Positions 18,942-28,205 of a stretch of DNA of 54,493 nt are shown one piece after another. Each line of letters opens with the position of its first letter. The stretch's first letter is position 1. The notes beneath the pieces are model-generated. The model worked only from the letters and a program-made list of their open reading frames with translations, was not told the DNA's origin and made no database searches. Location: IMG/VR virus record IMGVR_UViG_3300042486_001633. One strand, given 5' to 3'. Source of the DNA: an uncultured virus (IMG/VR IMGVR_UViG_3300042486_001633) (Duplodnaviria; Heunggongvirae; Uroviricota; Caudoviricetes). Both the position numbers and the translations under genes were made by a program.

Positions 18942-20366
18942 TTATTTTGAATTTTTTAATTGTTTAATCTCGCCTTGAGTTTTAATACGTTCATCATAAA
19001 GACGAGTTAAAATTGTACGGGCAACTGAATCGTTTTCACTTGAAAAAAGAGTATCGTTTTTCGTATGGATTTCAGTACCTCTGGTTTTTACACTACCTTT
19101 CTTACCTAAATAAGTATCTGGTGAAATGTTAAATTGGATTTGAATATTTGGATACATGGATGAAAAGTCATAACATGCAATATAGTTATAGTGACCAGGA
19201 TTTGGTTTCTTAACGTATGCTCCTTCGTATGTGCCATCGTTATCTTTTGACTCTCCCCAAGGAAGTTTCATCATTTTTAAGTTCTTGTTTAAGAACTCAC
19301 GGCACATTAGGATCTCAGCAATATACACTGGACTAAATACTTTGTTTACGTCTACTTGAGCCACATTTGCAATTGAATAGGCAACATCGAGTAAAGAAAG
19401 CTTATCTTCAATCAATTTAACAAGAATAACGTCAATTACGTTATATAAGGTAAAGAGATAAGTATCTTTTTGAAACGCAAGAAAAGATGGATAATCGTGT
19501 TTTAATTTAGCTACACCTAGCACAAGACCTGCAATATAATCTAATTTGTAGTTTTCTACAACTTTAAATGGTTTAAGCTTTTCAAAAACCTGCATATAAT
19601 CAAGAACTCCAAGGTGAGCTGGGATTCTATTTTTAGAAATTAGAGTACGAGACGGAAGATTTACAGTAGAATCGACTTTCATGTTTTTAGCACGATTCAT
19701 TAAATACTTCCAGTCAAAGTCGGTTACGTTCCATCCAGTAACAAATGAAAACTTTGGAACTAGATTTTGAAAATAGAAATCTAGCAATTCAGTTTCTGTC
19801 GCAAAAAACTTATATCGTATTTTAAACTCTTGTTCAAATAACCACGCATCTTTTGGATTTAAGGGAACTGTCTTTCTGAAGTATTCATTAACTTCTTTTT
19901 CCATGCGAACAATATCTTCTGGAGAAAGTCCTTCTGGCTTGCCGTCATCGTGTAAAATAGAGAGAATGTAGGTTACATTGTCTTCGTTACAAAAAGAAAT
20001 TAGGCCAACTGGCATTCTGGCTCGTTCTGGATCTGGAAATGAGTCATCAATCAACTTGATCTCAATATCGAGATAAGTTTTCTTTGGAAGATTATCGAAA
20101 CTGTAAATTGCTTCAAGTTCTTCTCTGGTAAGCTTTTCTTGAATTAACTCTTGGATTCTAAACTGATTAATATATCGACCTTCAGTTTTACTCTTCTTGA
20201 TGTATTTGCCATCCCAGTTCTTGGTTGCAGTTGGAGTAGAAGATTCTACCCAATTATAAAGTTCATGGTCAACAAGTCGCTTTTTAATAAAAGCTATTCT
20301 GCCAGCTGCATTATAATAAGAAATAGTTAATGTGTTATCGTTTAATACTTCAGCTCCAATTATCAT
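18942..20366 (-). CDS. gp43: family B DNA polymerase, N-terminal subunit (exonuclease plus motif A only)
   Basis: ExoI YLDIE, ExoII GWNVTDFDWKY, ExoIII YNVID, YEGAYV and motif A YDFSSMYPNI. Stops at TAA after 474 aa without motifs B or C. Confidence 0.9.
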   Translation of the reverse strand: MIIGAEVLNDNTLTISYYNAAGRIAFIKKRLVDHELYNWVESSTPTATKNWDGKYIKKSKTEGRYINQFRIQELIQEKLTREELEAIYSFDNLPKKTYLDIEIKLIDDSFPDPERARMPVGLISFCNEDNVTYILSILHDDGKPEGLSPEDIVRMEKEVNEYFRKTVPLNPKDAWLFEQEFKIRYKFFATETELLDFYFQNLVPKFSFVTGWNVTDFDWKYLMNRAKNMKVDSTVNLPSRTLISKNRIPAHLGVLDYMQVFEKLKPFKVVENYKLDYIAGLVLGVAKLKHDYPSFLAFQKDTYLFTLYNVIDVILVKLIEDKLSLLDVAYSIANVAQVDVNKVFSPVYIAEILMCREFLNKNLKMMKLPWGESKDNDGTYEGAYVKKPNPGHYNYIACYDFSSMYPNIQIQFNISPDTYLGKKGSVKTRGTEIHTKNDTLFSSENDSVARTILTRLYDERIKTQGEIKQLKNSK

Positions 20367-20614
20367 ACTTTTGGTTTAAATAGTTCGTTAATATGTCCGC
20401 ATTTTGCACAAATTACTACTGGGATAGGCACAATTGAATCTTGCGCACCACCTGTCATAAATTTGGATACTTTTTTAATCATCATTTTCTCTTCGAAAAT
20501 AGTCCCGTTACAGCTCTCGCATTCAATATATGGAGCATCTGCTAAGTTGATGTTTAATTTTTGTTGGCCTCCTTGCGGATTAGGGGCGTCACCGCCACCG
20601 ATGATTGATTCCAT
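20363..20614 (-). CDS. small zinc-ribbon protein
   Basis: CESC...CAKC in 83 aa, ATGA-coupled to the polymerase gene. Confidence 0.75.
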   Translation of the reverse strand: MESIIGGGDAPNPQGGQQKLNINLADAPYIECESCNGTIFEEKMMIKKVSKFMTGGAQDSIVPIPVVICAKCGHINELFKPKV

Positions 20615-20629
20615 GCTATTTTTGTTATT

Positions 20630-21097
20630 TTAATAACCGCGAGCTTGACGATCACGATTTTCTTGGTTTTTACTCATGTACATATTATACATCTCCTGAG
20701 GAGTCATGCCGACTGAAATCGCATAATTCATAAAGAAATGGAGCATATCAATAATTTCAAATTTGCATTCGAGTTGATCTGCTTCAGAAAGATCTGAGAA
20801 CTTAGTAAAGCTGTATTTTGCAAAATCTTTCTTCCAGTACTTCCAAACAGCATTTCCGCTGCCATCTTTGATTCCGCCTAGAGCATCAGTTGCTTCATGG
20901 ATCTCATCAATCATGGCATGGGTATTAGCGTGCCAGAAATTCATTACTTCTCGAAGAGTCATATTTTCGAAATTCCAGCCGTAAACGTTCTTTTGGGTGT
21001 CCTTTTGGAGAGCAAGAATGTCTCCTAGTGTGTCTTTGCTTTGGGAATAAAGATCTTCTATCTTAAGATCTGAACATTGGTTGTCAGTATTGGCCAT
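20630..21097 (-). CDS. gp56: dCTPase/dUTPase, all-alpha dimeric (T4 gp56-like)
   Basis: IDEIHE, AVWKYWK, DQLECKFEIIDMLHF and KNQENRDRQARGY closely parallel T4 gp56. Confidence 0.88.
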   Translation of the reverse strand: MANTDNQCSDLKIEDLYSQSKDTLGDILALQKDTQKNVYGWNFENMTLREVMNFWHANTHAMIDEIHEATDALGGIKDGSGNAVWKYWKKDFAKYSFTKFSDLSEADQLECKFEIIDMLHFFMNYAISVGMTPQEMYNMYMSKNQENRDRQARGY

Positions 21098-21115
21098 TTT
21101 GTCTTATTTGATTTA

Positions 21116-21140
21116 TTATACTTAATGTATAGCCAAAGGA
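21116..21140 (-). promoter_or_regulatory. bipartite promoter variant TCCTTT-N13-GTATAA
   Basis: 18 nt upstream of the gp56-like ATG. Confidence 0.5.
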
Positions 21141-21183
21141 TCTTTATTTTTAGTATTTTTTTGGATTTATTTGGATCTCAGTG

Positions 21184-21193
21184 GATAAATAAT
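21184..21193 (+). promoter_or_regulatory. putative late promoter (GATAAATAAT)
   Basis: 19 nt before the tail sheath ATG. Confidence 0.65.
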
Positions 21194-21212
21194 TAAAAAT
21201 ATCCGTATAGAA

Positions 21213-24200
21213 ATGGCCGAACAAAGGATCAATTTGAATAATTATAAGTCAAGTGGCGTCTACACTGTTGAGATAGATCAAAGTGAAAACGTTGTACTTC
21301 CTCTTACCACAGGTAGACTTGTTGTCGGATCTAGCCGAGTGGGTCCATTCAACACTGTAGTTTTAATCAACGATATTAGAACTCTTAAAGCAGTGTATGG
21401 CGAAATAGACCCAAAATTAGAAAAAGCAGGAAGTTATTTCCATAGAACTATTGAGGTAGCTCTTAGAGAAGGGCCAGTATTTGCAATGAACGTAGTTCCA
21501 TTGGATTCTGAAACTGACCCAACATTAAACTTGGACCAAGCTGCATTTACTACATTTAATACTGAAGCTGCATCAAACAATAACGATCAAACCGAAGTGT
21601 TAAGCACTTATCCAATTGTAGAATTCTTCAACAGAAGAAGACTATGGGTTGCAGAAGCAGAGCAATTAAATAGATCAAAAAACTTAGCTTTACAAGATGA
21701 TTTCGTAGCTAGTCCTAGTACTCTAGGTCAAGTATCGACAACTTCTAACAAGATTTTATCATTTGTTAATTTAGCAAATAGCAATGCAACAATCTGGGTT
21801 AGAAAAGCATCTGTTGCTGGTTATGATGTAACTGCAAAAGAATGGTATAGCACAATCGGTGGAACTGATGTTGAATTTCCAACATTCCTTCACCCTGATG
21901 ATTTTATCTCTGATTACTTCGTTGAAGTTATCGTGGTAAATGGTGACTGGTCAAACTACTTAAAACTTGCAAAAGACCCAATCTACAAACAGTTCTTTGA
22001 TGAAGCTGGATTAAAATCTTCTAAATCTGCTGATTTCTTTGCTCTTCGTGAGATTAAAGTAATTAATAGAACAATCGGATGTTTAATTCCTGATTTCAAA
22101 GACCAAAGAGGTCTTACTGTATCAATTGATCGTTTAGTAAACAGATCATACCCAACCACTGGAATTCTATGTGCTCTTGATGTTAAAAAATTAGACTTAA
22201 TTGATTTAACAAATGGTACATTTGTTGACCAAGACGTTTACACTCACCGTGTAGATATCGTAGGACATGGATACGATGACTTAAATTTAGATGACGTATA
22301 TGCAGCAGATGACGGAGGTTATGATACTGATGGAACCACTCCAGTTGACTATACTCCATTAATTGATACTTTAAGTTATGCAAGACCTGCTGATGCGGAA
22401 TTAGTGTTTAATATTACAAACAATCCATCAATTAATACTCTAGTTGAAGCTGATTTCTTAGCGGGATATAGCGATACTCCAGGTGCAACGTCAATTGCTG
22501 AAGGAGAAACTTATGTTGTAAACCCTGCACTTGGTGATAATTATATTGCTGCAATGTATGGAAGTACTTTATATAAAGCATACGTTAAAGGCTTCTTAAA
22601 AGCTGGTGACCAACTCACAGACGGTTCAAATACTTTCTATGTAAAAGTTATTGATAATATATCAGTTAACAGTGCTGGTCCAATCGTAGTAAACATTCCA
22701 TACATTAAATTGTTAATTTTCAATGATATTAGCTTATTGAACCAAGACAGTTATTTACCAGGTAATGGTTTCTATACTGCAACCGACACTAAAGATTATA
22801 TTAAAGTAACTCTTGAATCTGGTGCAGAATTTAAACATACGTTTGATTTAACAACTGATTTCTTAGACTATTCAGTGGTACAACCTAACAAATTAGTATT
22901 AGGAATTAATCTTGCAAACAAAGCATTAGTTGATGAATTCCTTAAAGTAAATCAATACATTAAGGCACAAACAACTAGCGGAAGAACAAGATTAGTTAAA
23001 ATTATCTCTATTACTTCTAAGACTGAATTAAGTCCATATCGTTTAGAATACACAATCACTACTATGTCTCCATCTACTGAAGAAGTAGTAGGATTAGATG
23101 TGACTGGAAACACTCTTCAAGTTTACAAAGGAATTTATAATTTCGTAACTAACTTGAAAGGCCAATACCTTAAAGGATTTAAGATTAGACAAGAAAGTCT
23201 TCCAAACTCAACAGCGGACAGACAAAGCTCAATTCTTTCTTACTTATTTACAGATACTTCTATTCCACAAGCTCTTGCAAATGGAGAATTAGTAGACTTT
23301 AGATATGTTGTTGATACTTACGAAGGAGAAATTTCTGCAAACTCTAAATATTATTTAGCTAAGATTGCAGCAATGAATGGTCAAGCTATGGCGATCTTAA
23401 ATACTCCATCAATCAAACAATTCGAAGAATCAGTTGACCCTAGCTTTATTAACACTGCAAACAAATTGGTTTCTGCAGAGCTTATTTCGCAAGGTGGAGA
23501 TTTAGCATTGAATCCAAGCTACTTGTTTAAATTTGCTGAAGAGGATGTAAATGGAGTTCCATTATCGTCTTATGCAACTTACTATTTCCCTAACTTAATT
23601 GTAAGAAGCGGAAGCAAAAACATCTCAGTTCCTCCAGCAGGATACATTTCTAACTTATATGTTAGAAAATTCAAAAATGGAACACCATTCTTGATTGTAG
23701 CCGGTGGAAAACGCGGAGCAATCAATGATGCAGATGTAGTTGGAATTGAGTACGACTTAACTGATGAGGACAGAGATTTCTTAGAGCCAGTAGGACATAA
23801 CTTGATCGTTAAACGTAGAGGATTTGGTATTATCTTGTTTTCTAACAATACTGCATACCAAAGAATTAATTCAGCTCTAAACAATGCTCATATTCGTGAT
23901 AACTTATCTACAATTGAGAAAGATATTGAGAAAATCCTTTTCAACTTCTTATTTGATTTTAACGATGAGATTACAAGAATGAGAGTTAAAACAATTGTTC
24001 AAAACTACTTAGATGCAGTAGTAGCTGCAAGAGGATTAAGTTCTTACGAAATCATCTTCGATTCTTCAAATAATACAACTGAAGTAATCTCTGCAAATAC
24101 TGCGATCATTGATATTAGAGTAGATTTCCCAAGAGGAATTCACAAATTTATCAACCGTATCACAATCACTAGAGTAGGAGGACAATTAAGTTCTGAATCT

Positions 24201-24224
24201 ACAGGATTTATTCCAAGCTTCTAA
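21213..24224 (+). CDS. gp18: contractile tail sheath protein (T4 gp18-like), enlarged
   Basis: N-terminal SSGVYTVEID and GPFNT, plus the C-terminal sheath domain (VPPAGY, AGGKRG, FLFDFNDEITR, DSSNNT.EVI). Confidence 0.9.
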   Translation: MAEQRINLNNYKSSGVYTVEIDQSENVVLPLTTGRLVVGSSRVGPFNTVVLINDIRTLKAVYGEIDPKLEKAGSYFHRTIEVALREGPVFAMNVVPLDSETDPTLNLDQAAFTTFNTEAASNNNDQTEVLSTYPIVEFFNRRRLWVAEAEQLNRSKNLALQDDFVASPSTLGQVSTTSNKILSFVNLANSNATIWVRKASVAGYDVTAKEWYSTIGGTDVEFPTFLHPDDFISDYFVEVIVVNGDWSNYLKLAKDPIYKQFFDEAGLKSSKSADFFALREIKVINRTIGCLIPDFKDQRGLTVSIDRLVNRSYPTTGILCALDVKKLDLIDLTNGTFVDQDVYTHRVDIVGHGYDDLNLDDVYAADDGGYDTDGTTPVDYTPLIDTLSYARPADAELVFNITNNPSINTLVEADFLAGYSDTPGATSIAEGETYVVNPALGDNYIAAMYGSTLYKAYVKGFLKAGDQLTDGSNTFYVKVIDNISVNSAGPIVVNIPYIKLLIFNDISLLNQDSYLPGNGFYTATDTKDYIKVTLESGAEFKHTFDLTTDFLDYSVVQPNKLVLGINLANKALVDEFLKVNQYIKAQTTSGRTRLVKIISITSKTELSPYRLEYTITTMSPSTEEVVGLDVTGNTLQVYKGIYNFVTNLKGQYLKGFKIRQESLPNSTADRQSSILSYLFTDTSIPQALANGELVDFRYVVDTYEGEISANSKYYLAKIAAMNGQAMAILNTPSIKQFEESVDPSFINTANKLVSAELISQGGDLALNPSYLFKFAEEDVNGVPLSSYATYYFPNLIVRSGSKNISVPPAGYISNLYVRKFKNGTPFLIVAGGKRGAINDADVVGIEYDLTDEDRDFLEPVGHNLIVKRRGFGIILFSNNTAYQRINSALNNAHIRDNLSTIEKDIEKILFNFLFDFNDEITRMRVKTIVQNYLDAVVAARGLSSYEIIFDSSNNTTEVISANTAIIDIRVDFPRGIHKFINRITITRVGGQLSSESTGFIPSF

Positions 24225-24244
24225 TCTGAAGATACCTAAAAAAG

Positions 24245-24273
24245 AAAAGGAGAAGTTTAAAACTTCTCCTTTT
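24245..24273. terminator. bidirectional intrinsic terminator
   Basis: Perfect stem AAAAGGAGAAGTT-taa-AACTTCTCCTTTT between convergent genes. Confidence 0.85.
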
Positions 24274-24561
24274 TTATTCAATAGATACTGTTAAAGAATC
24301 CTTTTTTATATTATTGATATTATCATCAATTATTTTTTTTTGCTTAGGTCGAACTTCAGGTACTTCAACTCTAATTGTATCATATACTATTTTTCTCTCA
24401 ATTATTGGTTCTTCTTTTTTAGGAGGAATAGATTCAGTAGGTTTGCTTGAGTGAAATTGTGTCCCAAAAAATAATAAAAATCCAATCATCGATATCGGTA
24501 TACTAACTATTACAAAGCCAGTATAAAATAAAGAAGTCATTTTATTGGGTTGATTTTGCAT
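24274..24561 (-). CDS. single-pass membrane protein
   Basis: Hydrophobic LFYTGFVIVSIPISMIGFLLFFG, then the IVYDTIRV motif. Confidence 0.65.
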   Translation of the reverse strand: MQNQPNKMTSLFYTGFVIVSIPISMIGFLLFFGTQFHSSKPTESIPPKKEEPIIERKIVYDTIRVEVPEVRPKQKKIIDDNINNIKKDSLTVSIE

Positions 24562-24961
24562 GAGTTAAGTTTTTATAGATGTTACTTAATGAATGTTTAA
24601 CATTAGAGCGAATTTCAGTTTCCATTGAGGCTCTTCTCTTTTCGACTTCAATATCGAACACGTTTGAGATTCGAGTTAATACTGTGCCCCAAAGGTCTAT
24701 GTTGTAACTGTAGTTATGATTAACGATAGTTATTTGATTTTCTTCAATAATAATGAAGATTTGGTCGTCTTCGCTCTTAATGTATCTCTTACCGGAAATC
24801 GGTGACATTAGGAGAACACTGTCTTCTTGATTAATAAGAGCTTTACATACATAAAAACATTCCTTTTCATAGTCACTAGGCTCTCGAGTTTTTTTAGTTT
24901 CAAAAAGTCGAAGCCATTTAATAGCTATAAATTGTAATAGTCGCCTAGCTTTATGTTTCAT
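24542..24961 (-). CDS. hypothetical protein
   Basis: 139-aa ORF in the operon. Confidence 0.75.
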   Translation of the reverse strand: MKHKARRLLQFIAIKWLRLFETKKTREPSDYEKECFYVCKALINQEDSVLLMSPISGKRYIKSEDDQIFIIIEENQITIVNHNYSYNIDLWGTVLTRISNVFDIEVEKRRASMETEIRSNVKHSLSNIYKNLTHAKSTQ

Positions 24962-24971
24962 TATTTTTTGT

Positions 24972-25271
24972 TTATTCGAATTCGTCTAAACTAACTTCAT
25001 CTTCATTGTCCAAAATAGCAATTACCTCATTTGCTAGGATAACATGGTGTTTTTCTCCTTGGTAGAAGATATCAGATCCAGCAAAACGATTGTGGAGAAT
25101 AATGTCTCCAGGTTTTACTAGCATTGGGTTATTTGTACTTCCGTCGCCACAGGCAACAACGATTCCAATATTTGGTTTCTTAACGGCTTTTTCAGGAATC
25201 AAGATACCCTGTTTGGTTTGGGTCTCTTTTTTTCTTGGTTTTACTAGGATTCTTTCGTATAACGGCTTCAT
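24972..25271 (-). CDS. groES: co-chaperonin GroES
   Basis: MKPLYERILVK, mobile loop TKQGILIP, GIVVACGDG and VKPGD. Confidence 0.93.
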   Translation of the reverse strand: MKPLYERILVKPRKKETQTKQGILIPEKAVKKPNIGIVVACGDGSTNNPMLVKPGDIILHNRFAGSDIFYQGEKHHVILANEVIAILDNEDEVSLDEFE

Positions 25272-26407
25272 AACGTTGATTGATTATTTTTTAATGTTGA
25301 AAATTCTTTTGAATTAAATTTAAGTACTTGATATTCACCAAAGAATTGTACTAGAGCGTCTCTGATTTCATCAGGGAAAACTTGAGTCGATAGACGTATA
25401 ATCTTAATATTGAAAATTAGGTGTTCTCTAAGTTCCTCTATTTTATTCGTATCCTTTAGTTTATTTACTATACTAATTTCTTCAATGAAATTTAAAATAA
25501 AGTCATCATTTAATTCATCTAATAGAGAAATTAATGAGTCTCCATACTTTTGCTGAAGATTTGAAATAATCTTTTTAGCTTTAGATGGAGTAATATTTAC
25601 TAGTTTTGGAATGTTATCAGATTTATCACCCAATAGAATTTTACTAAGTACATCATCAGTAAGATCCACAGGAAGTTCAGCATAGTCTTTATTTTTAAAA
25701 GCCTTGATGATCTTATCAACACTTGAACCAGTAATGTGTGATTCGTTTAGGGAAAAGAAGTCCTCTTCTTCTTCCTCTGCCATTTCGGGAATCAAAGTAG
25801 GAGGAACAAAGATTTTCTTTGTTTTACTCATCTGCTTTGGAACGATTAGCATTACGTTTTTATTTGGAGTCCCGACTAACTGTTTTAAGTCTTGATCGAC
25901 AGAATAAATTAGGATATCGGTCGATAACTTTTCGCATAAGTATGCAATAATATCGTCGCCTTCAGTTCCTTTAAAACGGTAATGGTTTACTCCACACTTT
26001 TCGTTTAGCGCAGGAATAATTACCTGTTGAAAGTAATCAAAGAAGAGATAGTGACGGTCGTCGTATTTTCGAGTTCCTTTGTATTTAAACTCGGTTGGGG
26101 CAGAAGTAGTTTTAAAATCTGATCTTTCAAAGAAAGAAGAAATGTATTCTTTTCTCCAACTCTTTGAGTCAAACACAAAATGCACGTTATCGAGTGAAGA
26201 CCCGATAGGTGCAATTAGTGAATTAAAATAAGTAAAGCAGAAATTTCTAAAAGAAGTTCTAATGTGTTCTTTAAGAATAAACCCACCGTCATTAAATAGA
26301 TCGTTGATATAATACGCTTCGTCAGTCCTCTTGTCCTTTGCTGCTTGTGACTTAGCCACACTGATTGCAACATTTATAAAGGCATTTCCATCAACAATTA
26401 AGTCCAT
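25268..26407 (-). CDS. rnh: 5'-3' exonuclease / RNase H (T4 rnh-like, FEN family)
   Basis: LIVDGN, FVFDSKSWRK, YKGTRK, EGDDII, SVDQDLKQL and GDKSDNIP. Confidence 0.9.
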   Translation of the reverse strand: MDLIVDGNAFINVAISVAKSQAAKDKRTDEAYYINDLFNDGGFILKEHIRTSFRNFCFTYFNSLIAPIGSSLDNVHFVFDSKSWRKEYISSFFERSDFKTTSAPTEFKYKGTRKYDDRHYLFFDYFQQVIIPALNEKCGVNHYRFKGTEGDDIIAYLCEKLSTDILIYSVDQDLKQLVGTPNKNVMLIVPKQMSKTKKIFVPPTLIPEMAEEEEEDFFSLNESHITGSSVDKIIKAFKNKDYAELPVDLTDDVLSKILLGDKSDNIPKLVNITPSKAKKIISNLQQKYGDSLISLLDELNDDFILNFIEEISIVNKLKDTNKIEELREHLIFNIKIIRLSTQVFPDEIRDALVQFFGEYQVLKFNSKEFSTLKNNQSTL

Positions 26408-26414
26408 TTATATT

Positions 26415-26747
26415 TTAGTCTTTTACGGGTTCACCATTTTCACTATTCTCCTGTGCTGGAGTAGAGTTTTTACGAATTATACGAATTGCAGTTGAAAGAA
26501 CTTCTGATTCTAAGATGTTAAATGAGCCTTTCGCTTGTGCAAGGTTTGCGGATGCAACCAATACAAATAGCGCTTGACCAAGATTCATCTTTTGTAAGAA
26601 AGATTCGTAAGACTCGTCGTCCTTATAAGCAATAGTACCAAATAGTACGTTCTTTTTTAACTGTTCAGCTTGCTCTGGAGAAATAGTTTCTCCAGTTTTG
26701 CCAACTTCAGTTTGTGCTTCTGTCTGTTCTAATGTTTCATCTAACAT
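26415..26747 (-). CDS. hypothetical protein
   Basis: 110-aa ORF between the ssb and rnh genes. Confidence 0.75.
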   Translation of the reverse strand: MLDETLEQTEAQTEVGKTGETISPEQAEQLKKNVLFGTIAYKDDESYESFLQKMNLGQALFVLVASANLAQAKGSFNILESEVLSTAIRIIRKNSTPAQENSENGEPVKD

Positions 26748-26762
26748 AATAATATTATTTTT

Positions 26763-27776
26763 TTATAGATCTTTGAATAAATCATCGTACTCATCAGCAG
26801 GTTCAGTAGCTAATGGAGCAGAGTCTTTAGTTTTTGCTGGAGCAGCTGGAGCGTCTAATCCAAATTCTAAATCATCATTTTGTTTAATTGGATTGTTTGT
26901 TTTTCCAGGCTTCATTTTTCCACGAATAAGATCGTTCATCTTTTGATCTTTACTCTTTCCGAGGATCATCTCCAAAATTTGTCTTTGAGGAATTGCCGCA
27001 AGTACTGCTTCTGCAACTTTTTCGTAAGTTTCCTCAGTCCATTCTTGGTGGAAGTACTCGTCCATTTTTGGAGTATTCTTAGTTAAGAATTCGTTTACAA
27101 GCTTTATTGCTTTTTCATCGTTCTTAACTTGAACTGAGGTATCTCCGATTTTGAAAACAAATGGAGTTACTTCATCCATGAATTTACACTTAGACCAATC
27201 TCTAAAGTCTTTTGTTTTCTTACCAACTACGCAAAGGAAATCTTTTCCTTCTAATAAATGGTATGGATTGATTTTCTTAACGCCATCTAATCCATCAAGT
27301 TCCTCAGGATTCATCTGCTGATCGATAACTTGATCAATTTGATTTCTGAATTTGAAGATTTTGATTGATCCTTCAAGATCAGAGCGTTGTGGATCTTTCT
27401 TGATGTATACTGCTGAATGATGCGTATACCATCTTGAGAAATTTTTTCCGATTTCTTCAACTAACTCAGGCTCTTCTTTTTTAAGACCACGTAAAGTTGA
27501 TTCAATTGTCCAAAGGATTGATGGCTGTTCCACATTAGATGGACAGTCGATAATCAATGCCTCCTTAGTTAATGGGTTCCAGAATTTAGCCGAATATTTA
27601 GTGTACTTGCTCTTTTTCTTATCGAAAACATACGGCAAGAACCTAAAGACTGACTTATAGGAACCGTTGTGTGCATTAGGATCCGGATCGTAAACGTGCG
27701 GATCGCTTTTCTTTGTTTTTTGCGCGTTCTTCCCTTTTGAGATCGCGTCATCTGGTAGATCAAAAAAATCTGTCAT
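26763..27776 (-). CDS. gp32: single-stranded DNA-binding protein (T4 gp32-like)
   Basis: SVFRFLP, YIKKDPQRSDLEGSIKIFKF, NPYHLLEGKDF and DWSKCKF, with acidic tail EYDDLFKDL. Confidence 0.85.
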   Translation of the reverse strand: MTDFFDLPDDAISKGKNAQKTKKSDPHVYDPDPNAHNGSYKSVFRFLPYVFDKKKSKYTKYSAKFWNPLTKEALIIDCPSNVEQPSILWTIESTLRGLKKEEPELVEEIGKNFSRWYTHHSAVYIKKDPQRSDLEGSIKIFKFRNQIDQVIDQQMNPEELDGLDGVKKINPYHLLEGKDFLCVVGKKTKDFRDWSKCKFMDEVTPFVFKIGDTSVQVKNDEKAIKLVNEFLTKNTPKMDEYFHQEWTEETYEKVAEAVLAAIPQRQILEMILGKSKDQKMNDLIRGKMKPGKTNNPIKQNDDLEFGLDAPAAPAKTKDSAPLATEPADEYDDLFKDL

Positions 27777-27801
27777 AATGTAAGTTATTATTTGTAAGTT
27801 C

Positions 27802-27826
27802 TTTTACTAGCGGTTTTAATAAAGTT
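27802..27826 (-). promoter_or_regulatory. bipartite promoter AACTTT-N13-GTAAAA
   Basis: 25 nt upstream of the gp32 ATG. Confidence 0.6.
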
Positions 27827-27840
27827 TTAAGAAAAAACAA

Positions 27841-27865
27841 AAAATGCCTCAAAAAGAGGCATTTT
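27841..27865 (-). terminator. intrinsic terminator
   Basis: Stem AAAATGCCTC-N5-GAGGCATTTT followed by T-rich sequence on the minus strand, after the Hc1-like gene. Confidence 0.8.
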
Positions 27866-27888
27866 AAGAATTTTGTATAAGATGAAGA

Positions 27889-28161
27889 TTATGCTTTAAC
27901 TTTACTTTCTTCAACTAAAGTTTGGCGTAAGTCTTTTGCAGAATTTTGGATTCCAGTCATCTGAGTCTTAACTGCAGGATGTTTAATTGTTTTTCTGATC
28001 TCTTGCATTTTCTTCTTAAGACGATTTCCAGCGCTACGAACGCCTTTGCCATAGTACTTTTGAGCATCTTCTTCCGCTGAAGCAAGAAGTGCATTAATTG
28101 GATCAAAGATCGCTGCTTGTGTTGCTGCTACTTCTTCCTTAAGTTTTTCAAATTGATTCAT
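27889..28161 (-). CDS. histone H1-like (Hc1 family) nucleoid protein
   Basis: EEDAQKYYGKGVRSAGNRLKKKMQEIRK matches the Hc1-type D..KF..KG.KAAG.R.RK..QE pattern. Confidence 0.7.
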   Translation of the reverse strand: MNQFEKLKEEVAATQAAIFDPINALLASAEEDAQKYYGKGVRSAGNRLKKKMQEIRKTIKHPAVKTQMTGIQNSAKDLRQTLVEESKVKA

Positions 28162-28180
28162 GTTGATAATTTTTGATATA

Positions 28181-28205
28181 TTATACTTGCAAAAATTGGT
28201 AAGTT
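28181..28205 (-). promoter_or_regulatory. bipartite promoter AACTTA-N13-GTATAA
   Basis: 19 nt upstream of the Hc1-like ATG. Confidence 0.6.
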
